A stretch of DNA of 64,000 nucleotides from Thermoplasmatota archaeon. Its GTDB lineage: Archaea > Thermoplasmatota > JAKEGO01. Positions 46,778-55,862 of the stretch are shown here, one piece after another. How positions within the stretch are numbered: the first letter of the stretch is position 1; each line of letters begins with the position of its first letter. The stretch lies in contig JANQNK010000020.1 in NCBI GenBank assembly GCA_028279595.1, forward strand, positions 64,001 through 128,000, written 5' to 3'. A program made the position numbers and the translations under genes. The notes below the pieces were generated by a model, which was not told where the DNA came from, ran no database searches, and was given only the letters and a program-made list of their open reading frames with translations.

Positions 46778-48799
46778 TCAGTCGATCTTCCAGTACTGCA
46801 TGTCCAACTCTAGTTCGTAATTGTTCCCATCGTCGGTCTCGCCGAGGGGTCCGAGGTTAGGGCTCTGTGGTCCGGCCGATACCATTATCACCGTGATGGT
46901 CCACTCGCCCTCCCATGCCTCCTGTCCGGGGAAATCGACCGTTATCGTGATCTCCCCCTCCTGGCCGTTCCCGTTGGTGTCGCTGTCGCTGTACTCCTCG
47001 CCATTCGGTGGTGCGACGACAAGCCGGAAAGTGTCTCCTTCATTCTGTTGGGGAGGGGGACCATTCGGTTCATCGGTCCACGTGAGGGTGACATTGGCAC
47101 CTGTGGCCGCCCCGCCGCTGTCGACGTCGTACTCGTCCTCCTCACCCTCGTCAAGGTAGCCGTCCTCGTCCCACGTGTACTCCCAGAGCTCGTCCGTGAT
47201 CTTCCTGTGCTTCCCCTTGTCGTCGTCATCCGTCTCGAAGTAGGTGTTGGTGCCAGCGGACCAGGCGCTCATGAGCAGAACGGGTATCATCAGGACCGAG
47301 ATCACGACGATGTGGTTGGGCGTGAAAGAGAAAGGCATCCACTTCTTCTTCGGTGGAGGTGTTTCGGGGGCGGGCTCGTGTACGTGAGGTACCGTTATCA
47401 GGGTTCCGCAGGCGGGACACGTATCGGAATCCTCTGCTAGGGCCGCTCCGCAGGCGGTGCAGTCCTCCATTGCTCCGACCTCGGCCGCGGCCAGCTCTCC
47501 ATCCACGGGTTCCGGCTCGACGATGGCCTCGACCTCCATTGCATCGTGCCTGCCGTACTTCTTGTCATACCAGATGAGCCCCACTATGGTCATGAAACCC
47601 GCGCAGGTCACTATGGCCCAGAAGAGCTTGGGCCTCTCCCAGCCCTCGGCGACGCTTCCGAAGAGATGACCGCCGACGTATGACCCTGCGACGTATCCAA
47701 TGCCCGAGGGGATGAAAGCGTAACCCATGTAGACCGCGACCTTGTCCTTCGGTGCGATCTTCGAGACATACGCGATGAAGTTGGGATGCGTGATGAACTC
47801 GCCGAGGGAGAAGATAACGATGCCAGCCAAGAACAATGCGGGTATCGTGGTGGCTCCCAGGAGCATCAGCCCTATGCAGAATATGGTGATCCCCGTGATC
47901 ATGAGGTTGAGGGAATCCTTGCCCTTGACCTTCTGCGAAAGGTACGGGCCCGCAACGACGATCGTGAGGGGATTGAACCCGGCGAGGAGGAAGACGGAGA
48001 ACCATTCCGGCATCTTGAGGAAATGGACCATGTACAGGGGGAGGTAGGAATGGTTCATAGCGAACATGAACCAGAAGCCCGCGTAGATTAGAAGGAGCGC
48101 CGTGAACTTGACGTCGGACAGGACGGTGACCATGGTGGACATGGCCTCGCCGATCTTCTTCTCTGGATTCGGCGGAGCGGGGTCCTCGAGGATTGTGAAG
48201 GTTATCGCAAGGTTGAGGCCCACCAGGATGGTGGATGCGAAGAAGACGTACTCCGCATTTGCCTCCAGGTCGATGATGTTGGAGCCCATGATGGCTGCGA
48301 ATGTCCAGGGTACAACCAGTGCTCCCAGGTTGATCATCCAGTAGTAGATCGCGTAGGCCTGGTTCCGCTGGTCCTCCCGCGTCATCCTCGCGATGCTCGC
48401 GGATATTATCGGCTTGAAAGCTCCCGCGCCGATCCCGAGGAACAGTATACTGAATATTATGAGTTCAAAACTGTCGAACAAGCCAAGGGAGGTGTACCCC
48501 ACCGCCATGGCCATGAAGGCTCCGATCAGTGTCCTCCGGTACCCTACCTTCTCGGCAAGCGCCGCTCCGATTAGAGGGACGAAGTACAGGAGGGTGAGGA
48601 GTATCGCCAGGAAGAGGCCCGTGTCAGCCGCCGAGTAGTCCAGGTTGTCGTGCAGATGGACCGCCAGGATCGCCATCGTCCCGTAGTAGGCACCCCTCTC
48701 GAGGAGCTCAAGAGCGTTGATGACCCAGAAGTTCCTGGGGAACTGCTTGAACAGGCTCACTTCTTCCGTCTGTTCCTCTCCTTCCATCGATTGCCTCAC
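46778..48799 (-). CDS. POT-like MFS peptide transporter fused to a zinc ribbon, an extra TM and an external beta-sandwich
   Basis: ELLERGAYYG, G.FKP, YYW.IN.G; CTACG..CPACG; acidic C-terminal domain. Confidence 0.85.
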   Translation of the reverse strand: MRQSMEGEEQTEEVSLFKQFPRNFWVINALELLERGAYYGTMAILAVHLHDNLDYSAADTGLFLAILLTLLYFVPLIGAALAEKVGYRRTLIGAFMAMAVGYTSLGLFDSFELIIFSILFLGIGAGAFKPIISASIARMTREDQRNQAYAIYYWMINLGALVVPWTFAAIMGSNIIDLEANAEYVFFASTILVGLNLAITFTILEDPAPPNPEKKIGEAMSTMVTVLSDVKFTALLLIYAGFWFMFAMNHSYLPLYMVHFLKMPEWFSVFLLAGFNPLTIVVAGPYLSQKVKGKDSLNLMITGITIFCIGLMLLGATTIPALFLAGIVIFSLGEFITHPNFIAYVSKIAPKDKVAVYMGYAFIPSGIGYVAGSYVGGHLFGSVAEGWERPKLFWAIVTCAGFMTIVGLIWYDKKYGRHDAMEVEAIVEPEPVDGELAAAEVGAMEDCTACGAALAEDSDTCPACGTLITVPHVHEPAPETPPPKKKWMPFSFTPNHIVVISVLMIPVLLMSAWSAGTNTYFETDDDDKGKHRKITDELWEYTWDEDGYLDEGEEDEYDVDSGGAATGANVTLTWTDEPNGPPPQQNEGDTFRLVVAPPNGEEYSDSDTNGNGQEGEITITVDFPGQEAWEGEWTITVIMVSAGPQSPNLGPLGETDDGNNYELELDMQYWKID

Positions 48800-48884
48800 T
48801 CAGAGTTTCATCTGGATGTTGGCTTTCAGATAAAAGGGTTGCTACGGTTCGACATGGATGGACCCGGCATCGCCCGACCCGATG

Positions 48885-48906
48885 CCTTCCCGCCCGCCCA
48901 TTGTCA
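48885..48906. repeat. 22-nt intergenic repeat, copy 2
   Basis: Identical to 33549-33570. Confidence 0.8.
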
Positions 48907-48940
48907 GATATGGTGGTGGGAAGTGGCCGACTGTAGTTGC

Positions 48941-50443
48941 TCAGAAACCGTAGAGCGGTCCGAACTTGCCGTTGAGGTACGAGATGAAGTGGTCCTCGTC
49001 AAGCGGGTTCCCGGTGATCTCCCTGCAGAGCCCCTCGGCGCGGTGCAGCTTGCCCTTCTCGTGGATGTTCCTCCTCGTCCAGTCCAGGAATCCGGAGAAA
49101 TCGCCATTCTCGAACGAGGTGTACATGTCCGGCATGTCCTTGAGGGCCATCTCGAAGAACTGAGCGGCGTACAGGTTGCCGAGCGTGTAGGTCGGGAAGT
49201 AACCGAACGCGCCCATGGACCAGTGGATGTCCTGCAGGACACCCTGCGAGTCGTCAGGCACATCGAGTCCCAGGAACTTGTCGACCCGTTCGTTCCACGC
49301 CTGCGGTGCGTCGTTGGCGTCGATCTCACCCGAGAACAGGGCCATCTCGATCTCGAACCTGAGCAGGATGTGCAGGTTGTACGTGACCTCGTCGGCCTCC
49401 ACCCTGATGAGCGAGGGCGCTACGTCGTTTATCGCGGCGTAGAAGTCCTCGACGGTGCGGCCTTCGAACTGTTTCGGGAACGCTTCGACCAGCTTCGGAT
49501 AGAAGAACTTCCAGAACGGAAGGCTTCGACCTATCATGTTCTCCCATGAACGCGATTGAGACTCGTGGATCCCCAGGGAGATCGCGACCCCCATGGGAGT
49601 GCCGTAATGGTCATCCAGGTGTCCCTGCTGGTAGAGACCATGTCCCGCCTCGTGGATCGTCGCGAATATCGCTGGCCTGAGGTCGTCGGGGTTGTACCTC
49701 GTCGTCAGCCTGGTATCATGGAGCGTGCCTGACGTGAACGGATGGGTCGTGGCGTCGAGTCGGCCGCGCTCCATGTCGAAGCCGATCAGCGGAAGGAGCA
49801 TCTCGTTGAAGCGCTCCTGGTCGCTGATCCGGTACCCTGCGGTCACGATGGACGTATCGGGGCGTATCCCCGTGTCGACGATCCTCTCGACGATGGGTAC
49901 GAGCTTGTCCCTGAAACGCGCGAAGAGTGTCTCGACCTGCGAGCTCTTCATCCCGGGCTCGAAGGCGTCCATGAGAGCGTCGTACATCCTGTCCTCGTAG
50001 CCGATGAACTCGGCTTCCTGCTTCTTCAGGTCGAGGAGCTTCTCGACGTGGGGCTTGAATATGCTCCAGTCCTTCTTCTCCCTGGCCTTGGCCCAGTCCT
50101 GGGTCGCTCCGGTCTTGGTCTTCGCCAGCTCCTTGACGAGCTCGGGCGGGACCGCGACCGCTCTGTGGTACTCCCACGCGGTCTCCCTGACGTTGGTCTG
50201 TTCCTCCGGTGTCAGGTCCTCGTAGACGCTCTCCCTCTGGAGGTCGTCCAGATACTTCCCCATCTTCTCCGATGTCATCCTCGAATGGATGGTCGTCGAA
50301 AGCGTAGCCATCTCGAGTGACCTGTCCAGACCGCCCTTTGGAGGCATGTAGGTCTGCTGGTCCCACCATAGGATGCGCTCTATCCCCTTGAGGTTGTAGA
50401 TGTCCTTTATCTCAGCGATGAATTCGTCATACGTGTCCGTCAA
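48941..50443 (-). CDS. Carboxypeptidase Taq (M32)
   Basis: WDQQTYMP, HPF, HEAGH, HESQS, IRVEADE, G.LQDIHW, GYFPTY.LG. Confidence 0.97.
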   Translation of the reverse strand: MTDTYDEFIAEIKDIYNLKGIERILWWDQQTYMPPKGGLDRSLEMATLSTTIHSRMTSEKMGKYLDDLQRESVYEDLTPEEQTNVRETAWEYHRAVAVPPELVKELAKTKTGATQDWAKAREKKDWSIFKPHVEKLLDLKKQEAEFIGYEDRMYDALMDAFEPGMKSSQVETLFARFRDKLVPIVERIVDTGIRPDTSIVTAGYRISDQERFNEMLLPLIGFDMERGRLDATTHPFTSGTLHDTRLTTRYNPDDLRPAIFATIHEAGHGLYQQGHLDDHYGTPMGVAISLGIHESQSRSWENMIGRSLPFWKFFYPKLVEAFPKQFEGRTVEDFYAAINDVAPSLIRVEADEVTYNLHILLRFEIEMALFSGEIDANDAPQAWNERVDKFLGLDVPDDSQGVLQDIHWSMGAFGYFPTYTLGNLYAAQFFEMALKDMPDMYTSFENGDFSGFLDWTRRNIHEKGKLHRAEGLCREITGNPLDEDHFISYLNGKFGPLYGF

Positions 50444-50523
50444 TCGAATACCCCCTTTGCGGCCCTGATGCGCATGACCGCTACCCCATTAATAACCTTG
50501 CGATGACATGTGAATCCCTAGGT

Positions 50524-50865
50524 TCATTCGCCCTTCTCGGCGACCAGGTGATCGATGAGGTTGGTCAGCGACCAAACGAGGTTGTCCGCAGTCGGCATGC
50601 AGAACATCGGCCTGTCCATGCCCTCCGGGAACGCCATCATCGAATCATAGATCGAATCGTCGTCGAACTCGATGAACATGAGCATCTTGTGCTCCTCGTC
50701 CTTGAAGAGCTCCTTCGGTCCCGCCTCGATTATGTCCTTCACGAGTTCGGATCCCCGCCCCGTCGCCGATATGAATCCGATGTCCGTCTTCAGGGCTTCA
50801 CGAAGGGCCCTGACGATGAGCGCGACGTCCTCCATCGCGTAACCGTGCACCATGATGGTCTTCAT
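50524..50865 (-). CDS. DUF3783-like protein
   Basis: C-terminal P.F...T..N..W.L..LI..L..E pattern. Confidence 0.6.
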   Translation of the reverse strand: MKTIMVHGYAMEDVALIVRALREALKTDIGFISATGRGSELVKDIIEAGPKELFKDEEHKMLMFIEFDDDSIYDSMMAFPEGMDRPMFCMPTADNLVWSLTNLIDHLVAEKGE

Positions 50866-50948
50866 CCGATCTCCCACGCCGATGTATGGCCTTCAAGGTT
50901 AATCCGTGTTTCGCCGGTGATACGGATATGGTTATTAATCGACAAGGC

Positions 50949-51620
50949 ATGACGGCTACCATGGAACTCGAGGTCATCGGCTCATGCGAGACCATCAGGG
51001 CGAATAACGTAATCTGCCTCGCACGGACCTACAGGAAGCACGCCGAGGAGCTCGGCAACCCCGTTCCCGAGAAGCCGGTCGTCTTCCTCAAACCGAACTC
51101 ATCTCTCATGACGGACGGGATGGAGATCGGTATCCCGCCCGGTTCAGGCGAGGTCCACCACGAGGTCGAACTCGCGGTCGTCATCAAGAAGGGAGGCCGT
51201 CGCATCCCCGTCGAGAGGGCCCTGGAATACGTGATGGGCTACGCCGTGATACTCGACATCACTGCCCGCGACATCCAGTCCGAATTGAAATCGAAGGGCT
51301 TGCCTTGGACCTACGCAAAGGGATGGGACACCTTCGGACCGATATCGAAGGTAATGCCCATGGAACGGATACCCGATCCCAACGACCTGAACATCAAATT
51401 GACCGTGAACGGCGAGGTCAGACAGGACTCCAACACGTCGTTCATGATGTATTCCATTCCCGAGATCATCTCGTTCATTTCAGGGTTCATGACGCTGCAG
51501 CGCGGTGACGTCATTGCAACCGGTACACCCGAGGGAGTGGGTCCGCTCGTCGCGGGTGACAGGACCTTCGCTGAGATCGAGGGCGTGGGAACGCTCGAGA
51601 ACTCGGTCGTTCAGGGATGA
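50949..51620 (+). CDS. Fumarylacetoacetate hydrolase family protein
   Basis: Y.KHAEELG, FLKP, HHEVEL, D.TARD.Q, AKG.DTF, GDVIATGTPEGVG. Confidence 0.95.
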   Translation: MTATMELEVIGSCETIRANNVICLARTYRKHAEELGNPVPEKPVVFLKPNSSLMTDGMEIGIPPGSGEVHHEVELAVVIKKGGRRIPVERALEYVMGYAVILDITARDIQSELKSKGLPWTYAKGWDTFGPISKVMPMERIPDPNDLNIKLTVNGEVRQDSNTSFMMYSIPEIISFISGFMTLQRGDVIATGTPEGVGPLVAGDRTFAEIEGVGTLENSVVQG

Positions 51621-51637
51621 TATCGGTAACGTCGAAC

Positions 51638-52309
51638 TCAGAACAGCTTCTCTGCCACAGGCTTGATCAGGTCCTCGTCGTCGTTCCTCAGGTCGTTGAC
51701 GAGTTTGGTAACGTCCGTTGACTCCATGTCGCCTGCTCGGAATGGACTAAGGAGCGACTGGAGGTCATTGACGTTCGTATCCGGGTCCAGCCATGCAGAA
51801 CGGTCCTTCCTTGGAATGATGGCGGGCATCCGATCGTGGACCCCCTTTACCATGTCGTTGGGGCTGGTGGTGATTATCGTACAGGTCTTGAGCTCCCCCC
51901 CGCTCGGAGGGTTCCAGGTCTCCCACAGTCCAGCAAGGCCGAACGGCTTGCCGTCCGACATCGAGAAGAACACGGGATTACGGGTACCGGACTTCCGCCA
52001 TTCGTAGAATCCATCGGCGGGGATAAGGCATCGCCTATTTGCGAAGGCATCGCGGAACGACGGTTTCTCAGCAAGGGTCTCGGCCCTGGCATTGATCATC
52101 CTGCTGCCGAGCTTCTCGTCCTTGGCCCAGTGGGGTACGAGTCCCCAGCGGAACGTCTCTATGGCCCTCTTGCCGTCCGACAGTACCACCGCTGCGACGT
52201 CCTGCATGGGAGCGACGTTGTACCTGGGCTCCAGTTCGTCGAGCTCGATGACCTCGAACTCCTCGCCTATCACCCATTTGGTGCTGAACAGAGCGAAACG
52301 GCCGCACAT
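51638..52309 (-). CDS. SRAP (YedK/HMCES) abasic-site protein
   Basis: MCGRF, YNVAP, WGL.P.W, INARAET, DGFYEW, HDRMP. Confidence 0.95.
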   Translation of the reverse strand: MCGRFALFSTKWVIGEEFEVIELDELEPRYNVAPMQDVAAVVLSDGKRAIETFRWGLVPHWAKDEKLGSRMINARAETLAEKPSFRDAFANRRCLIPADGFYEWRKSGTRNPVFFSMSDGKPFGLAGLWETWNPPSGGELKTCTIITTSPNDMVKGVHDRMPAIIPRKDRSAWLDPDTNVNDLQSLLSPFRAGDMESTDVTKLVNDLRNDDEDLIKPVAEKLF

Positions 52310-52312
52310 GGT

Positions 52313-52582
52313 CTATCCGAACCTGTAGTGCTTCCGTATCGGCTTCTCGACCTTCCACGTGCAACCGAGCCCCTCGGGCATAGTCACGAGGGACCCAGGT
52401 CCGAACCGGACCGGCTCTCCCTCGTTCGGTTCGACCTCGACCTCGCCTTCCAATACGTAGAAGGTCTCCTTGCTGTCGTAGAACCAGTCGAAGACGGACA
52501 CCTCCTTCTCCCATATCGGCCAGGAGAAGACGCCCATCTCGTCCAGCTGCTCCTTCTCGACTTTTTCAACCTTGATCTCCAT
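52313..52582 (-). CDS. Cupin (DUF861/EutQ-like)
   Basis: WPIW, F.W.Y...ET.YVLEG, P.G..CTW. Confidence 0.9.
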   Translation of the reverse strand: MEIKVEKVEKEQLDEMGVFSWPIWEKEVSVFDWFYDSKETFYVLEGEVEVEPNEGEPVRFGPGSLVTMPEGLGCTWKVEKPIRKHYRFG

Positions 52583-52593
52583 ATACTGTCACC

Positions 52594-53358
52594 TCATCCG
52601 AACATCCCCGTCGGCGGCGCCCTCTCGTCGGGCTTCTGCACCTGCTTGACATGCTCCATGGCCTGCTGGATCTGCTTGTCTATCTCCTCCGCCTGCTCGA
52701 GCAGCGGGGTCGTATCGACCTTGATCTCGGGAAGCATCTCGTCCAGGACCTCGAGGATCGCTGCTGCGCTCCTGCTGTCAGGGAACTCGGCCCGCGCCTC
52801 GGCCAGGAGGCAGCCCACGTCGAGCTCCTCGGAGAACGACTTGTAGAGGAGGACGCCGGAAACCCCACCCACGGCTCCGTTCGACATCGCTTCGACGTGC
52901 AGATCAGATAGCATGTTCCGGGCGTTGTCCGTGTTGCCTACATAGTAGACGCTCAACTCGTCATCGTCGAGGCTGGTCTGCAGACCTTCGACCGCGGTCA
53001 GGAATTTGCATCCCCTGTCCCTGCACCAGTCCAGTATCGTATCTGCAAGCGGTCCGATCATATCGGGGGCGATCGGGAATTCCGTGGCGATAACAACCAG
53101 CTGGTCGCAATCCCCCTTCGGCCCGCACACCCTGTCGCCGGCATATATACGGATCGGAGGCGCCGGTCTACCGTCGTGGACCACCGAAGCCGGGAACAGC
53201 TCGTCCGACGCGATCCCGCCGATCATGTCCAGCTCGAGCTTCTTCACCAGGAAGTTGGCCACAATGGACGAGACCATGCCTACCGTTGGAAAACCGATGA
53301 CCACCATTGCGTTGTCTATGTCCATCTTCTTGTACTCGTAAACCGTGATGTCAACCAT
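52594..53358 (-). CDS. Proteasome assembly chaperone PAC2 family
   Basis: GFP.VG.V..I, PPIRIY, G.SG.LL, PD.R.AA, L...AEEI. Confidence 0.9.
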   Translation of the reverse strand: MVDITVYEYKKMDIDNAMVVIGFPTVGMVSSIVANFLVKKLELDMIGGIASDELFPASVVHDGRPAPPIRIYAGDRVCGPKGDCDQLVVIATEFPIAPDMIGPLADTILDWCRDRGCKFLTAVEGLQTSLDDDELSVYYVGNTDNARNMLSDLHVEAMSNGAVGGVSGVLLYKSFSEELDVGCLLAEARAEFPDSRSAAAILEVLDEMLPEIKVDTTPLLEQAEEIDKQIQQAMEHVKQVQKPDERAPPTGMFG

Positions 53359-53408
53359 TCGAACCCCAACGTGGGATGGTTACGGATTTAGTTAAGGATT
53401 TTGGAACC

Positions 53409-54169
53409 TCAATCCTTTCTACGGCAGACCATGACCTGCTTTCTGGATCCCGGTGTGAACTCCGACTCATCGAAATAACCGTACCTCTCGACGACCTCGA
53501 ATCCATTGTGCTCGAGCAATAGCAGAAGCTCCTCCGGGTAGAACACCCTGACGCCGAACTCGACGGTCTTCCACTCCTCGCCGTCGATGACCCACCGCCA
53601 CACGATCCGGTTGACCTGTGCAGCGTCGTCATATTTCAAGGTCTCTTCGATCTTCACATGTCCACGACCGTCAGGGTCCTCGTACTCAGCCTGGATCGTG
53701 ACATCATCAGGGTCCCTGGTCATGAAATCCAGGTTCGGATTGAAGACGTCCATCACGAAGGTGCCGTCATCTGCCAGATGCTGCTTGACCGTCTCGAAAA
53801 CTGCTTCGATGTCCTTCATGTCGTGGAAGTGTGCTAATGACGTGAACGGGATGGTCACTAGCTTGAACCTACGGCCGAGCCTGATATCTCGTACGTCACC
53901 CTCTATCCACTCGATGTCGACCCCAGCCTCCCCGGCCTTCTCCTTACCATATGCCATCATTTCGGGTGAGAGGTCGACACAGGTGATGTCGTGCCCATGC
54001 TGCGCGATTGGTATAGCCAGCCTTCCGGTGCCTCCAAAGAGCTCAAGGACCGGTCCGCCGTACCTCTCGGCCATCTCGACATAGAACGGGATGTCGTCAA
54101 CGTAGTGCGAATACTTGGCATCGTAATGCCTTCCGTCCTCGTAAAGTCTGTCTGATTCAGTGTAGACCA
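53409..54169 (-). CDS. Class I SAM-dependent methyltransferase
   Basis: GPVLELFGGTGR, VDLS, GDVR. Confidence 0.9.
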
Positions 54170-54321
54170 TGTCAGGTCCCTCCACGTAACCGCTTCCAAG
54201 GGACATCTTCTAGAAAAGACTTGTGGGGATAACGCTCGAATCACGTCGCATCATCATGAGTAGGGCGTTATCCAGGTACCGCTCTTGAATTGTGCTTGAA
54301 GAGAGATCGTATTGTAGGACA

Positions 54322-54363
54322 GTATCGCTCGACGACGGTTCGATCTGTCGTCATCGCGTCTCG
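54322..54363. repeat. Dispersed hairpin element copy 3 (degenerate left arm)
   Basis: GTATCGCTCG-ACGACG(N8)TGTCGT-CATCGCGTCTCG. Confidence 0.7.
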
Positions 54364-54385
54364 TTAGTGATGTAACTGTGTCACT

Positions 54386-54427
54386 GACGCGCTCGACGAC
54401 CTCCCATTGGGTCGTCAACGCGTCTCA
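54386..54427. repeat. Dispersed hairpin element copy 4
   Basis: GACGCGCTCG-ACGACC(N8)GGTCGT-CAACGCGTCTCA. Confidence 0.85.
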
Positions 54428-54451
54428 ATGATTCAGCCGAGGAAAGTTGGC

Positions 54452-55225
54452 TCACCGGAACGGCCCTTCGAGCTCGTTGAACTTCCTGGATACGACCATT
54501 ACCTCGATCTCGTCCATCTTGATCGGGCGCTTCCCCCAGTCGCCTGCCGTGCCGCCCCAGATGTTCTCGACCTTGAAGCCAGCATCCTGGTGGAGCTGGG
54601 TCAGTTCCGGCGGGGTGAATCCCTTCTCCAGCGCGGTCATGGACGCTGGTCCGTCGGCGGTCTCGTAGGGCATCGGGTGGATCTCGATGAGGTTGATGGG
54701 GTCGAACCTCCCAGCAGCGATGTCCTCGTCGTTGTACTCGCGGGCCATCTTGTAACCGTTGAGACAGGTGAGTACGAGGCGACCGCCCATCTTGAGGGCG
54801 GCGTTGATGTTCAGGAGGATCGCAAGGTGATGTTCCATGGGGTTGTCGTCGGCAGCGAGAAGTCCGAACGAGCCCTCGCAGAGGCAGATGGCGTGGTCGA
54901 ACTCCTTCTGGAGCTGGAACGCAGCGGCGTTCGCCTGGATGAGCTCAATGTCGACATCGGCCTCGATCGCTGCCAGCCTGGCCTCCTCCAGCATACCGTC
55001 GGAGAGGTCGATGCCTGTCATGACGCATCCGCGCTTGGCCAGTTCCACGGAATGGCGCCCTGTCCCACAGCCGACATCGAGGATCTTCATACCGGGTTTG
55101 AGGTCGAGCAGTTCGAAGAGGAAATCACACTCCTCCAAGGTGTTCTCGGTGAAGTCGTGGTCGAGATACTCGTCGGCGATGTTGTCGAAGAACTCCTGCC
55201 ATTCGTTCCTATCCATCCATTTCAC
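54452..55225 (-). CDS. Class I SAM-dependent methyltransferase
   Basis: ILDVGCGTGRH, GIDLS, FD.AICL. Confidence 0.92.
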   Translation of the reverse strand: MKWMDRNEWQEFFDNIADEYLDHDFTENTLEECDFLFELLDLKPGMKILDVGCGTGRHSVELAKRGCVMTGIDLSDGMLEEARLAAIEADVDIELIQANAAAFQLQKEFDHAICLCEGSFGLLAADDNPMEHHLAILLNINAALKMGGRLVLTCLNGYKMAREYNDEDIAAGRFDPINLIEIHPMPYETADGPASMTALEKGFTPPELTQLHQDAGFKVENIWGGTAGDWGKRPIKMDEIEVMVVSRKFNELEGPFR

Positions 55226-55232
55226 TCCGCAC

Positions 55233-55862
55233 TTACGATACTATCCTATCGAGGTCGTTCTCCACTGGCGTCCCTTTGATTCCAACGGCTTGTTTCAGAT
55301 ATAAGGATATCTCAGCATCCTCGATGTCGTAGGTTTCCATCAGTCCCCGGACGATGGTCCTCAGATACTTCTCTCCCGGAGCGAGCGGTTCGAGATCGGC
55401 CGCCGTCATCGACGTGAATGTCAGGATCGGATGGGGCATCTCGAAGCCGACATGGATGAGCCGCCCATATGGACCGGGCAGCTCGAGCTCGCCTCTGCCT
55501 ATCGCATCCTCGATGGAGAAGTCCATGGAACCATCGTCCGGTTCGAGTCCGTTCTCCTGTCTGACGATCTGAACGAACTGTTCGCTGGTCACCAGGTACA
55601 TCCGGCCTCGGGTACCGCTCAACGTCATGTTCTCCGTATCGACGAACGCGACCCCTGCGTCCTCCCACTGCTCGCACCGCATGGAGAAGAGCAATCCGTA
55701 TGGAAGTATGATCGACCTGTCATCCCTAGGGGGAGTCCTGTCCGAACATCCGGAGTGGTCCTTCGTCGAACCCTCGGGAATACCACCTTCGATGTAACAC
55801 ATGAAGCGTTCCTGGTGAAGGTTCGAGCCGTAGCAGGCGTACCAGACCAGGTCCTCGCTCAT
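55233..55862 (-). CDS. Gamma-glutamylcyclotransferase-like fold protein
   Basis: N-terminal WYACYGSNL; P...YL..I..G. Confidence 0.65.
   Translation of the reverse strand: MSEDLVWYACYGSNLHQERFMCYIEGGIPEGSTKDHSGCSDRTPPRDDRSIILPYGLLFSMRCEQWEDAGVAFVDTENMTLSGTRGRMYLVTSEQFVQIVRQENGLEPDDGSMDFSIEDAIGRGELELPGPYGRLIHVGFEMPHPILTFTSMTAADLEPLAPGEKYLRTIVRGLMETYDIEDAEISLYLKQAVGIKGTPVENDLDRIVS

Noticed and set aside
7725-54427. CRISPR array or classical integron attC interpretation of the hairpin element
   Set aside because: The copies are dispersed, the core is only 20 nt and self-complementary, and there are no cas or intI genes. Terminal RYYYAAC/GTTRRRY boxes are not in attC geometry.
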